From: Patescibacteria group bacterium UBA6017
Lineage (GTDB): Bacteria > Patescibacteriota > Saccharimonadia > UBA4664
NCBI GenBank assembly: GCA_002429485.1
Contig: DIZX01000015.1
Span: 187,073-251,072, forward strand
DNA: 64,000 nt
Direction: 5' to 3'
The number at the start of each line of letters is the position of its first letter. Position 1 is the first letter of the stretch. This document shows positions 9,969 through 18,675 of this stretch, in pieces. Both the position numbers and the translations under genes were made by a program. Under the pieces are notes generated by a model. It saw nothing but the letters and a program-made list of their open reading frames with translations, did not search any database and was not told the DNA's origin.

Positions 9969-10124
9969 TATAGCGGCTTATCACCAGATTAGTTACCGTT
10001 CTTATCTCATGAATGTACTAGGCAGTCATGAGGTCACAACGCAAGTTTCACCTCAGGCTAGCATCCTAATGCTGGGTCGGCGACCCTTTCGCTAAGTTCT
10101 TTGACAGAAAGGTTGATCACGATC

Positions 10125-11141
10125 ATGTCCGGTTACGGAAGATCTGACGATTCAGGGCGCTCTCGCGCCTCCAGCAACATTGGAATGGCGGTCATCGCCC
10201 TCCTCGTGTTCGGCGCCATCTTCGGCATTGCCGCCTGGCTGCAATTCGACAAGACGGACGGCGGGCAGATCGCCGTTGTCCGCAACGGCGGTCCGTTCGA
10301 CAACAACAACATCCGCCAGGTCATCCAGCCCGCCTCCAGTCTCACCTGGACCGGTTGGTGGTCTTCCACCCACAAGTACCCTGCCCAGCAGCGGTTCTAC
10401 ACCATCACCGCCGACCCCAACGCCGGCGACAAGACCGGCGTGGACGTGGAGCAGATCCCGACCTCAGACGGCGTCGAGGTTGGTATCCAGGGCACCGTGT
10501 ACTTCACGCTCAACCGTGACCCTGCCACACTCAAGTCATTCGACAACAAGTATGGCACCCGGACCTACAAGGTCACGAGCGGTACCGGGGCAGACGCGAC
10601 AACGGAGTTCAAGACTGCCTGGGAAGACGAGGCCGGTTTCTCCGCGTTCCTCGATCAGATCATCCGGCCGGTCATCAGCAACGACCTCCGCCAACAGATC
10701 GGAAGCTTCCCTTGCGGCGAGCTCCAGGCCTCCTGCGCACTCGTGCAGAACGGAAACAACCCCCAGGCCGTCGCGGCCGTATCTGGAAAAAGCAACTTCA
10801 ACATTGCCAAGATCCAGAACTCGGTGAACAAATCTCTCCAGGATGACTTCAACACCACCCTGGGCGGGCCGTTCATCACCGATGTCCGTTTCAACCTGGC
10901 CAAGATCACCTTGCCCGACGCGGTGCAGACTGCGATCAACAAGGCCCAGGCCGCCTTCGCAGCAGTTGCGGAGTCGCGGGCAAAGGTGCAGCAAGCCTCG
11001 GCAGATGCCGCGGCCAACGCCCAGCGTCAGCTTGGCTACAAGAACTGCCCTGCCTGTGTCACCATCGACACGCTGAAGGCGATCCCGCCGAACGTCACCA
11101 CGTTCGCTCCGGGAGCCGGCTTCGGCATCACTTCGAAATGA
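10125..11141 (+). CDS. SPFH/band-7 (HflK/C-prohibitin-like) membrane protein
   Basis: N-terminal TM helix, GQIAVVRNGG, TSDGVEVGIQGTVYF, and a C-terminal Ala/Gln coiled-coil AAFAAVAESRAKVQQASADAAANAQRQ. The ORF track starts at TTG 10101; ATG 10125 has GAAAGG upstream. Confidence 0.75.
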   Translation: MSGYGRSDDSGRSRASSNIGMAVIALLVFGAIFGIAAWLQFDKTDGGQIAVVRNGGPFDNNNIRQVIQPASSLTWTGWWSSTHKYPAQQRFYTITADPNAGDKTGVDVEQIPTSDGVEVGIQGTVYFTLNRDPATLKSFDNKYGTRTYKVTSGTGADATTEFKTAWEDEAGFSAFLDQIIRPVISNDLRQQIGSFPCGELQASCALVQNGNNPQAVAAVSGKSNFNIAKIQNSVNKSLQDDFNTTLGGPFITDVRFNLAKITLPDAVQTAINKAQAAFAAVAESRAKVQQASADAAANAQRQLGYKNCPACVTIDTLKAIPPNVTTFAPGAGFGITSK

Positions 11142-11150
11142 GGTAAGCAG

Positions 11151-11486
11151 TTGAAAGAAATCGCTGGTTTGATCGTTGTCGCTTGCTTGGTCGGGGCGGT
11201 CTTCATGACGTTTCTCGTACTCACAAAGCGACTCGACTCCATGGTGCTCAGCCACCGGCTTCGGCGCACCAAGTGGCGCCGATACGAGTACGTCGACGAT
11301 GAGGGCGACACTCATGTCGTCCTTCGGCGCAGCGTCTACAACGGTGCCGAGGAAGTGTTCGCCGACCCAGACCGAGTGGTCTCCGTCATCTACGACCAAG
11401 ATCCGGAAGCCCGAAGAAAGCTTGCGGAAGCACGGCTCGAGGCCGACCTTCAGGTCAGCCAGACCAACTACCGCTTGCCGTCCTAG
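11151..11486 (+). CDS. small membrane-anchored hypothetical protein
   Basis: TTG start with GAGGT 7 nt upstream; one N-terminal TM helix; it immediately follows the SPFH gene. Confidence 0.4.
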   Translation: MKEIAGLIVVACLVGAVFMTFLVLTKRLDSMVLSHRLRRTKWRRYEYVDDEGDTHVVLRRSVYNGAEEVFADPDRVVSVIYDQDPEARRKLAEARLEADLQVSQTNYRLPS

Positions 11487-11638
11487 CCGAGCTAGACCAG
11501 CTCAGCCCAACCTTCCCTCATCGCGGAAGGTTGGGCACCAACCCGAGCGCTCAAATGCACTTGAGTCTTCAGGTTGAAAAGCTACCAAACCATAAGCGCT
11601 TCATGGCGTAAAACCCGCTCAAATGCTACTATTTAACA

Positions 11639-12388
11639 ATGAACGTAATCGAACTCAAGGACATCGGTATGGTCTTCACCGACCGATCCGAGCCCACCCT
11701 CGCCCTGAGCCACATCGACCTCGCTATAGGTAAAGGCGAATTCGTAGCCATTATCGGTCCTTCCGGCTCCGGCAAAAGCACCCTCATGAACGTCATCGGC
11801 CTGCTCGATACGCCTACCTCGGGCGAGTTCTATCTGGATGGCAATCTGGTGGCCAGCCTCAATGATTCCAGCCTCGCCAAGCTTCGCCGTGAGAAGATTG
11901 GCTTTGTCTTTCAGAGCTTCAATTTACTCCCGCGGCTCAGTGTGGTCCAAAACGTCGAGCTCCCGCTGGTTTACGGCGGCATACCGCCCAAGCAGCGCCG
12001 CGCCCGCGCCCTGGAGCTGCTCGGCCTCGTTGGCCTGCACGACCGCGCCAACTACAAGCCCCACCAGATCTCCGGCGGCCAAACCCAGCGCGTGGCTATC
12101 GCCCGAGCCCTCGCCAATCACCCCAGCCTCATTTTGGCCGACGAGCCCACCGGCAACCTGGACACCAAGGCCTCCAAGGCCATCATCGATGAACTCCGCC
12201 GTCTAAACCGCGACACCGGCGCCACCATCGTAATCGTCACCCACAACCCCGAAGTGGCCGTGCAGACCGATCGCACCGTGACCGTTCGCGATGGCGAAAT
12301 CGTCAACGACACCTCGCAAAAGGCCTCCAAGACTAAGTCAAAGTCCGCCCCGATCGCCGACTCACCCCACCGGAGGATAACCGTATGA
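11639..12388 (+). CDS. ABC transporter ATP-binding protein (MacB/LolD-type)
   Basis: Walker A GPSGSGKST, signature LSGGQTQRVAIARAL, Walker B ILADEPTGNLD. Confidence 0.9.
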   Translation: MNVIELKDIGMVFTDRSEPTLALSHIDLAIGKGEFVAIIGPSGSGKSTLMNVIGLLDTPTSGEFYLDGNLVASLNDSSLAKLRREKIGFVFQSFNLLPRLSVVQNVELPLVYGGIPPKQRRARALELLGLVGLHDRANYKPHQISGGQTQRVAIARALANHPSLILADEPTGNLDTKASKAIIDELRRLNRDTGATIVIVTHNPEVAVQTDRTVTVRDGEIVNDTSQKASKTKSKSAPIADSPHRRITV

Positions 12389-13608
12389 TGTTCTATGAAA
12401 ACTTCAAGATGGCTTTCGTCAGCCTCAGCAACGCGAAATTGCGCAGCTTCCTGACTATGCTGGGCATTATTATCGGTGTTGCAGCCGTCGTTTCAATCCT
12501 CGCCATCGGTGCCGGCGTCAAAAAAGCCGTCCAAGATCAGATCACCGGCGTGGTCAACGCCAACGCTATTGCCGTAGCTTCGGGTAAGATCAACCTCAAG
12601 AGTGGCGGGGGCGGCGGAGCCAGCTCAATCGGGGCTTCCACGCTCACCATCACCGACACCGATTATCTGTCCAAGCTCGATCACGTCCTAGCCGTGGCTC
12701 CCATGAGCCTCATTTCCGGTAATGTGTCCAACGGCAAAACTATCTCGAACAGTGAGCTCCTGATAGCCACCACTCCCCCGTTTAGTAAAACCCAGACCCT
12801 TAAATTCGCTTCGGGTAGGTTTATTAACGACTCCGACAAAGGCAAAGCCGTTGCAGTTCTAGGCGGCAATGCCAAACTTGATCTCTTCGGGACAGCGGAT
12901 GCCCTTGGTAAAACCATCAACATCCGCGGCACAACCTTCACCATCATCGGTTCGCTCAAAACTACCGACAGTGCCGCCTCCAGCTTTTCGGCCGGTCCCA
13001 GCCTCGAAAATGCCGTCTACCTGCCCTTCGATACTGCCACCAAAATAACCGGCAGCGTTCCTCCTATCGCCCGGCTCCTAGTTCAAGTCGATGAAGCCTC
13101 CAATGTAAACAGCGTTGCTGCAGCCATGAAATCAAAAATGATTAAGGGCCACGGCGGCCAAGAAGACTTCACCGTCCTCACCCAAAGCGATATTCTGTCG
13201 ACCGTCGACACCGTCCTTAGCCTGCTAACCACCTTTATTGTGGCCATTGCCAGCATCTCGCTTCTGGTCGGAGGCATCGGCATCATGAATATCATGCTCG
13301 TCTCCGTCACCGAACGCACCCGCGAGATCGGCCTGCGCAAAGCCATCGGCGCTTCGAGCTCCACCGTCCTGAGCCAGTTCCTGATCGAAGCGGTGGTAAT
13401 TAGCCTGGTCGGCGGAGGCATTGGCATTGCTGTAGCAATTGGGCTGGCCACTGGAGCCGGTAAACTCGCCAAAATCACTCCCGTCTTCACGCCCGAAGCC
13501 ATTGGTCTCGCCTTTGGCGTCTCCGCTGCCGTCGGAATTATCTTTGGTATTGCTCCGGCCATCAAAGCCGCCCGCAAGCGCCCCATCCAGGCCCTCAAAG
13601 CTATTTAA
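12385..13608 (+). CDS. ABC transporter permease, MacB-periplasmic-core plus FtsX domain
   Basis: N-terminal TM, large periplasmic domain, C-terminal FtsX-like 3-TM bundle. ATGA overlap with the upstream ATPase gene. Confidence 0.85.
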   Translation: MMFYENFKMAFVSLSNAKLRSFLTMLGIIIGVAAVVSILAIGAGVKKAVQDQITGVVNANAIAVASGKINLKSGGGGGASSIGASTLTITDTDYLSKLDHVLAVAPMSLISGNVSNGKTISNSELLIATTPPFSKTQTLKFASGRFINDSDKGKAVAVLGGNAKLDLFGTADALGKTINIRGTTFTIIGSLKTTDSAASSFSAGPSLENAVYLPFDTATKITGSVPPIARLLVQVDEASNVNSVAAAMKSKMIKGHGGQEDFTVLTQSDILSTVDTVLSLLTTFIVAIASISLLVGGIGIMNIMLVSVTERTREIGLRKAIGASSSTVLSQFLIEAVVISLVGGGIGIAVAIGLATGAGKLAKITPVFTPEAIGLAFGVSAAVGIIFGIAPAIKAARKRPIQALKAI

Positions 13609-13729
13609 CAAAGAAACAGCTCCCCTCGAAAATCGAGAAGAGCATGAGTGGGGGCCGAAACGGCCGGGTTCTCGACGAGAGTCGACCCCCACCACACTGT
13701 CGTGGAACCGCGCGGTTTGAGGCTTGGCC

Positions 13730-13975
13730 TCAGTCTGTTTCGGGCTGATGGGGCTTGGGAGGCTCGATCAGATCAGTCTTGTCCACGATCGTGGCACCCG
13801 CCTTTTCCAGCGCCGCCTTGTTTTTCCTGCCGTCATGAGCGCAGAAAAGCAACTCGGAACCGCCCCGGAATAGAGCCAGTACGTAGGCCCTGGCACCGCA
13901 GCCGGTGGTGTCGCAGCGGTCTGCAGCTTTGGGGAGCCATAGATCGCGGATATCGGTCGTTACGGTAGTGCTCAT
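13730..13975 (-). CDS. small Cys/His protein (MSTTVTTDIRDLWLPKAADRCDTTGCGARAYV...LLFCAHDGRK...), possibly zinc-binding; Actinobacteria-type DUF-like
   Basis: ATG at 13975 preceded by AGGAGG with a 6-nt spacer. The longer tracked ORF (to 14062) lacks an RBS. C-x4-C ... C-x-H spacing. Confidence 0.5.
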   Translation of the reverse strand: MSTTVTTDIRDLWLPKAADRCDTTGCGARAYVLALFRGGSELLFCAHDGRKNKAALEKAGATIVDKTDLIEPPKPHQPETD

Positions 13976-14234
13976 GGCAGTCCTCCTGGACATGGGCGCC
14001 GGCGAGTTCCGGACGAGCTGCTCTCGAAACCAATCGAGACCAAATCGCCCGAAACTTGCCAATCCATAGGCCCAGATACAAAAAAAGACGTACTCATTTC
14101 TAGCATTACGCTAGGAATAGAGTCGCCGCCCCTCAGGGTTTGCCCTTTTCTTTCCACGAACCAACTTGCTTAACACTTAAGGTACTAGAAATATAATGAC
14201 AGATGTAAGGCCAATGAGTCAAGCATAGCCGATA

Positions 14235-15017
14235 TTAGGCGATCGCTGGCTGAAAAAAGTGATGCGAAGCATGCAATTCTACCCTGGCATCATTGCGCAG
14301 AACCTGCCTCACTTCACCCCTCACCCGGGCCAACCCGCGGTGATTTATCTGCAGGTCCTTCGTGGCCTCGCGCGGCACCGAAATCTCCAGATGCCGATGG
14401 CCATGCTTAATCTCGGACAATGGTGGATAATAGCCCGTTTTAGCATCAATCGTCAGCAATGCTCCCTGCCATTCACCCACGAAATCATATCCCTTGAGAT
14501 CCTCCTCCACCGTGCCATATCGCACCGACCTGAGCTCAGGTAGACCCTGCAGTGCCGCGTGCAACGCCACCTCCGACGCTGCTCCGGTAATCTCCCCGCG
14601 CGCCCACTCGTCACGCCCCGAGCTGGCCGAAGCCAACCAATCCATCAAATCATCGCGCGAAAAATTATGCCCACACGATTCAATCAATCCGCGAAGCAAA
14701 TGATTGTAGCTGCATGCCTGATGGCGCAGCATTTCGTAATGGTGCCCTCGCTCCGTGAGCTCTTCATGATTCAATCCGCCGTGGTGCAGCGCCTCCCGAT
14801 CGTCATCGAGCATATCCTGAATCACCGCCTGCCGCCGAGCCAATGCCATCACCTCGCCCAATCGCTTCAATTCCGGATGATTCTCATCCTCCACAAATCG
14901 TTCCACCACTAGGTTTATAGCCTCGTGCAAGCCCAGCTTGCCGCGCTGAAGCTCAATGAGCAGGATGATGTCGTTCGCTCGTCGGGAAAAATCTTCAGCT
15001 GCCAAAGCTTTATTCAT
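14235..15017 (-). CDS. hypothetical protein (260 aa)
   Basis: Clean ORF downstream of the groEL terminator. Its C-terminal region GYDFVGEWQGALLTIDAKTG resembles a PD-(D/E)xK-like D...(D/E)xK spacing; this is weak. Confidence 0.5.
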   Translation of the reverse strand: MNKALAAEDFSRRANDIILLIELQRGKLGLHEAINLVVERFVEDENHPELKRLGEVMALARRQAVIQDMLDDDREALHHGGLNHEELTERGHHYEMLRHQACSYNHLLRGLIESCGHNFSRDDLMDWLASASSGRDEWARGEITGAASEVALHAALQGLPELRSVRYGTVEEDLKGYDFVGEWQGALLTIDAKTGYYPPLSEIKHGHRHLEISVPREATKDLQINHRGLARVRGEVRQVLRNDARVELHASHHFFQPAIA

Positions 15018-15056
15018 ACTCTAAGCCTAGCATTTTGAGCGTCACCGTACCAATTA

Positions 15057-15082
15057 AAAAGAGGCCCTAAGGCCTCTTTTTC
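15057..15082 (-). terminator. intrinsic terminator AAAAAGAGGCC-ctaa-GGCCTCTTTTT downstream of groEL
   Basis: Perfect hairpin with flanking A and T runs, 23 nt after the groEL stop. Confidence 0.65.
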
Positions 15083-15104
15083 TTGCGAGCTATTTGGGCC
15101 GGAC

Positions 15105-16775
15105 TTAGTAGTCCATGCCTCCCATACCCATGCCGCCAGGCATTCCGCCACCGCCGCCGGCTGAAGCACCCTTGTCTTCCGGAATGTCCACAATCAGCGA
15201 ACCCATCGTCATAGCAGTTCCAGCGATCGATACGGCGTTGGTGATCGCCTCACGAGTAACCTTGGCCGGGTCCACGATTCCCTTAAGCTTCATATCTACC
15301 AGTGCGTCGGGACTGTTTACATCAAAACCCTGGCCGCCCTTAGATGACAGTACTAATGGCAATTTCTCATCGGCGTTGAGGCCGGCGTTGCGCATCAATT
15401 CTCGAAAAGGCTGCACTAATGCGCGCTTGAGCACCAAGTGACCAGCCTCTTCGCTCGATCCGATCTTAGTCGGCTCAACCGTGAGTGTTTTAGACAGATC
15501 TACCAGCGTCACGCCGCCGCCAGGCACGATGCCCTCGGTCACAGCCGCTTTGGTGGCGTTCACGGCGTCATCCACGCGGAACTTCTTCTCCTCAATCTCA
15601 GTCTCGGTAGCTCCGCCGACTTTGATGACGGCCACTTTACCGGCCAAGGCGCTCAAGCGCTTCTCGAGATTCTCTTTGTCGTACTCACTCGTGGCGTTCT
15701 CGACCTGGGCGCGAATCTCATCAATCCTGCTAGCAACATCTTTTGTTTCGCCGTAGCCTTCAATAATCGTCGTACTATCTTTGCCGGCAATAATCTTGCG
15801 GGCGCCGCCGAGCATATCGAGGGTAGCATTCTCAAAGCTAAAGCCTTGCTCTTCGCTGATCACAGTTGCGCCGGTGAGAACCGCGATATCCTGCAGAGAA
15901 GCCTTGCGACGATCACCAAAGGCCGGAGCCTTGATGGCCAGGGTGCTAAACACTCCCTTGAGACGGTTCAAAATCAAGGTAGCCAGAGCCTCGCCCTCAA
16001 CGTCCTCAGCGATAATCACCAGCTCCTTCTTGCCGCCCTGAGCGATCTTCTCCAGCAACGGCAGAATGTCTTGAATGCTCGAAATCTTCTTATCGGTCAC
16101 CAAAATCAGCGGCTTCTCATAGCTAGCTTCCATCCGGGCAGTATCGGTCACCATGTATGGGCTCACGTAACCGCGATCAATCTTGAAGCCTTCCACAATC
16201 TCCGACTCAATGCCGAGAGTCTGACTTTGCTCCACCGTGACGGTCCCGTCGTTGCCGACCGCTTCGATTACATCGGCGATCAGCTCGCCAATTTCCGAAT
16301 CTCCCGCCGAAACTGTCGCCACTTGGGCAACTTTCTCGCGATTGCCGGCAATTTTCTCGGTCAATCCTTCCACGTGGTCGAGCACCTGCTTAGCCGCGTG
16401 ATCCAGACCCTTCTTGAGGTCCATTGGGTTGTGACCGGCCGCAATCAGGCGGTTGGCCTCATTAAGAATGTGATAAGTCAGCACAGTCGCGGTAGTGGTA
16501 CCGTCACCCACGGTGTCGTTGGTTTTGGAGGCGGCCTGCTTCACCAGCTCGGCACCCACACTGCGGCCCAGAGTTTCATCGTTGCGGTTCTCGATGTCCA
16601 CAGCCTTCGCTACCGTCACGCCGTCGTGAGTCACGGTCGGTCCGCCGTAGCTCTTGCTCAGCACCACGTTGCGGCCCTTAGGCCCCATCGTTACGCGCAC
16701 AGCTTCGTACAGCTCCCGCGCTCCGGCTAATACTCGCCCGCGGGCGTCATCGTCATAAAAAATCTTCTTTGCCAT
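15105..16775 (-). CDS. groL: chaperonin GroEL (60 kDa)
   Basis: AKKIFYDDDARGRVLAGAREL...GPKGRNVVL...C-terminal GGGMPGGMGMGGMDY tail. Confidence 0.97.
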   Translation of the reverse strand: MAKKIFYDDDARGRVLAGARELYEAVRVTMGPKGRNVVLSKSYGGPTVTHDGVTVAKAVDIENRNDETLGRSVGAELVKQAASKTNDTVGDGTTTATVLTYHILNEANRLIAAGHNPMDLKKGLDHAAKQVLDHVEGLTEKIAGNREKVAQVATVSAGDSEIGELIADVIEAVGNDGTVTVEQSQTLGIESEIVEGFKIDRGYVSPYMVTDTARMEASYEKPLILVTDKKISSIQDILPLLEKIAQGGKKELVIIAEDVEGEALATLILNRLKGVFSTLAIKAPAFGDRRKASLQDIAVLTGATVISEEQGFSFENATLDMLGGARKIIAGKDSTTIIEGYGETKDVASRIDEIRAQVENATSEYDKENLEKRLSALAGKVAVIKVGGATETEIEEKKFRVDDAVNATKAAVTEGIVPGGGVTLVDLSKTLTVEPTKIGSSEEAGHLVLKRALVQPFRELMRNAGLNADEKLPLVLSSKGGQGFDVNSPDALVDMKLKGIVDPAKVTREAITNAVSIAGTAMTMGSLIVDIPEDKGASAGGGGGMPGGMGMGGMDY

Positions 16776-16782
16776 AGCTGTC

Positions 16783-17046
16783 TTACCCCTTTACCACTGC
16801 GAGGACGTCTTCCTCTTTTACGATCAATAGCTCATCCGTGCCTTGCTTGAACCGGTTCGGGCCGTACTCGGTGTGCACGATTTTATCGCCCACTTTCACT
16901 TCCTTCACGTCCTTGCCCACGGCCAATACTTCGGCTATCTGCGTTTTTTCTTTGGCCTGATCCGGCAACAAAATTCCCGATGCAGTCTTAGACTCAGCTT
17001 CTACCGGTTTAGCCACGATGCGATCTGCCAATGGTTGTAGCGCCAT
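16783..17046 (-). CDS. groS: co-chaperonin GroES
   Basis: 87 aa; LQPLADRIVAKPVEAESKTASGILLPD...GDKIVHTEYG. Confidence 0.95.
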   Translation of the reverse strand: MALQPLADRIVAKPVEAESKTASGILLPDQAKEKTQIAEVLAVGKDVKEVKVGDKIVHTEYGPNRFKQGTDELLIVKEEDVLAVVKG

Positions 17047-17088
17047 GCTTTGCTCCTCATTTACGTTAAGTACACAATAAACTCTACT

Positions 17089-17115
17089 TTAGCACTCAAA
17101 GTATCCGAGTGCTAG
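17089..17115 (-). promoter_or_regulatory. CIRCE operator (HrcA-binding inverted repeat) upstream of groES
   Basis: TTAGCACTC-aaagtatcc-GAGTGCTAG, which matches TTAGCACTC-N9-GAGTGCTAA in 17 of 18 positions, 43 nt upstream of the groES start. Confidence 0.85.
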
Positions 17116-17132
17116 TATCGCACCCCTACTTA

Positions 17133-18671
17133 CTAAGAGCGCTCCATGCGCCGGAATATTCCATCCGGCTCCGCCAATGACAGCTCCACAATTTCATCGG
17201 CTCTAGCCTGCGAATCAGCCACACTATATATACGCAATTGAGGCGCATTCCCGGATGGGCGCAAATGCGCAACGTCGCCATTATCAAAATAGACTCTAAC
17301 TCCGTCGAGGGCATTAATTTCGGTCACTGAACCGAACTTAAGCTCAGCAGAAAAGAATTCTTCCAGTTCTTTACGAACTTCCGGAGTATCTTCACCAAAC
17401 TTCACCATAATTTCTTTGGACACAGCCACCGGAAAATTATCAATCAATCCTGCCTGCGAGAAGCGCTGCGGCAAACGACCAAATAGCTCCGATACCGGCA
17501 CGCCCGCCTCCAGCGCCGCGACCAGTGCCACCATTATTGGGAATGCCGCGTCACGGGTCGGCAGCGCCGTCAGCACCTTACCGCGAATTTCCATATCCGA
17601 GCCGGTCAAAAACCCGCCGTTGACCTCCCAGCCAACGACTCGTTTTGTACCTTCGGTCTCTTTCTCGGCCATCGCAGCAATCACATACGGCGAACCAATC
17701 TTCGTGTGGCTCCATCCCATACTTTTTTCGGTCAGATAACTATCAACCGCATCGCTCGTACTCACCGGATAGGCGGCAAAATCCACCTGCAGCCAATTAG
17801 CCACCACCGCACCCAGCACGTCGCCCCGATGAAACTCGCCAGTCTCATCAATCACAAATGGCCTATCGCTATCACCGTCGGTCGAAATAATCGCAAAAGC
17901 TCCCGGATTCTCCTTCGCCAACTTTCGAAAATACTCCGCATCGGACGGCTTCACGTTTTCACTGTCGATCGGCACGAATACCTCCGACCGACCCACCGGC
18001 ACCACTTCAGCACCTAGAGCTTCAAATAAAGTCAACAACAGATCGCGTCCCACCGCAGAATGCTGATATAACACCACCTTTTTGCCAGCCAGTACCCCCT
18101 CAAAAATACTCACGTATCGCTCGACGTACTCACTCGTTGCGGCAACCGCCACGTTGCCAAGCGCCGGAGACTGAACCAAAGCCCCGTCAGCATCGAATCC
18201 AGACTCACTAAACCCGGCTGAATTTTGCTGAGCTCTCACTGCGGCCACTGCCTGCTTGATAGCGCCTTCGTCGTTCTTCAGAATTTCGCCGTCGGTTTTG
18301 TAAAACTTAATCCCATTTCGATCAGCCGGAATGTGGCTGCCTGTCACCATTATGCCCGCTGCCTGTCGCTTCAGCGCATACGCCGCCAAGGCCGGAGTGG
18401 GAATTAACCCGCAGTACTCAACCCCGTACCCGCCATCAAGTATTGCCTTAGCAACGGCACCCAAAATACGAGGCGTGCTATCGCGGAGATCACCAGCCAA
18501 GTACACTTCGTCACCGGTCTTAATCTCACCGGCTTCAGCCAAAAATCGCAGAAATCCGGCTGCATTTATGTAGCATTCCAGGTCGGTCATGTCGGTGACC
18601 AACCCACGCAATCCTGATGTTCCAAAACTTAATTCTACCGGAGTGTACTTAAGCGACTGCAGTAAATTCAT
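17133..18671 (-). CDS. alpha-D-phosphohexomutase family protein (PGM/PMM-like)
   Basis: FGTSGLRG substrate loop and TGSHIPADRNGIKFY active-site Ser loop; 512 aa. Confidence 0.8.
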   Translation of the reverse strand: MNLLQSLKYTPVELSFGTSGLRGLVTDMTDLECYINAAGFLRFLAEAGEIKTGDEVYLAGDLRDSTPRILGAVAKAILDGGYGVEYCGLIPTPALAAYALKRQAAGIMVTGSHIPADRNGIKFYKTDGEILKNDEGAIKQAVAAVRAQQNSAGFSESGFDADGALVQSPALGNVAVAATSEYVERYVSIFEGVLAGKKVVLYQHSAVGRDLLLTLFEALGAEVVPVGRSEVFVPIDSENVKPSDAEYFRKLAKENPGAFAIISTDGDSDRPFVIDETGEFHRGDVLGAVVANWLQVDFAAYPVSTSDAVDSYLTEKSMGWSHTKIGSPYVIAAMAEKETEGTKRVVGWEVNGGFLTGSDMEIRGKVLTALPTRDAAFPIMVALVAALEAGVPVSELFGRLPQRFSQAGLIDNFPVAVSKEIMVKFGEDTPEVRKELEEFFSAELKFGSVTEINALDGVRVYFDNGDVAHLRPSGNAPQLRIYSVADSQARADEIVELSLAEPDGIFRRMERS

Positions 18672-18675
18672 CTAC

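Noticed and set aside
10133-11399. Multiple overlapping ORFs on both strands (10133-10375, 10180-10827, 10536-11399, 10655-11017)
   Set aside because: These are alternative-frame artefacts of the high-GC SPFH gene region. Only the SPFH frame has a coherent domain architecture.
15438-16730. 430-aa plus-strand ORF
   Set aside because: It is entirely antisense to groEL. Its composition is low-complexity and Ala/Leu/Gln-rich, typical of the shadow ORF in GC-rich chaperonin genes.
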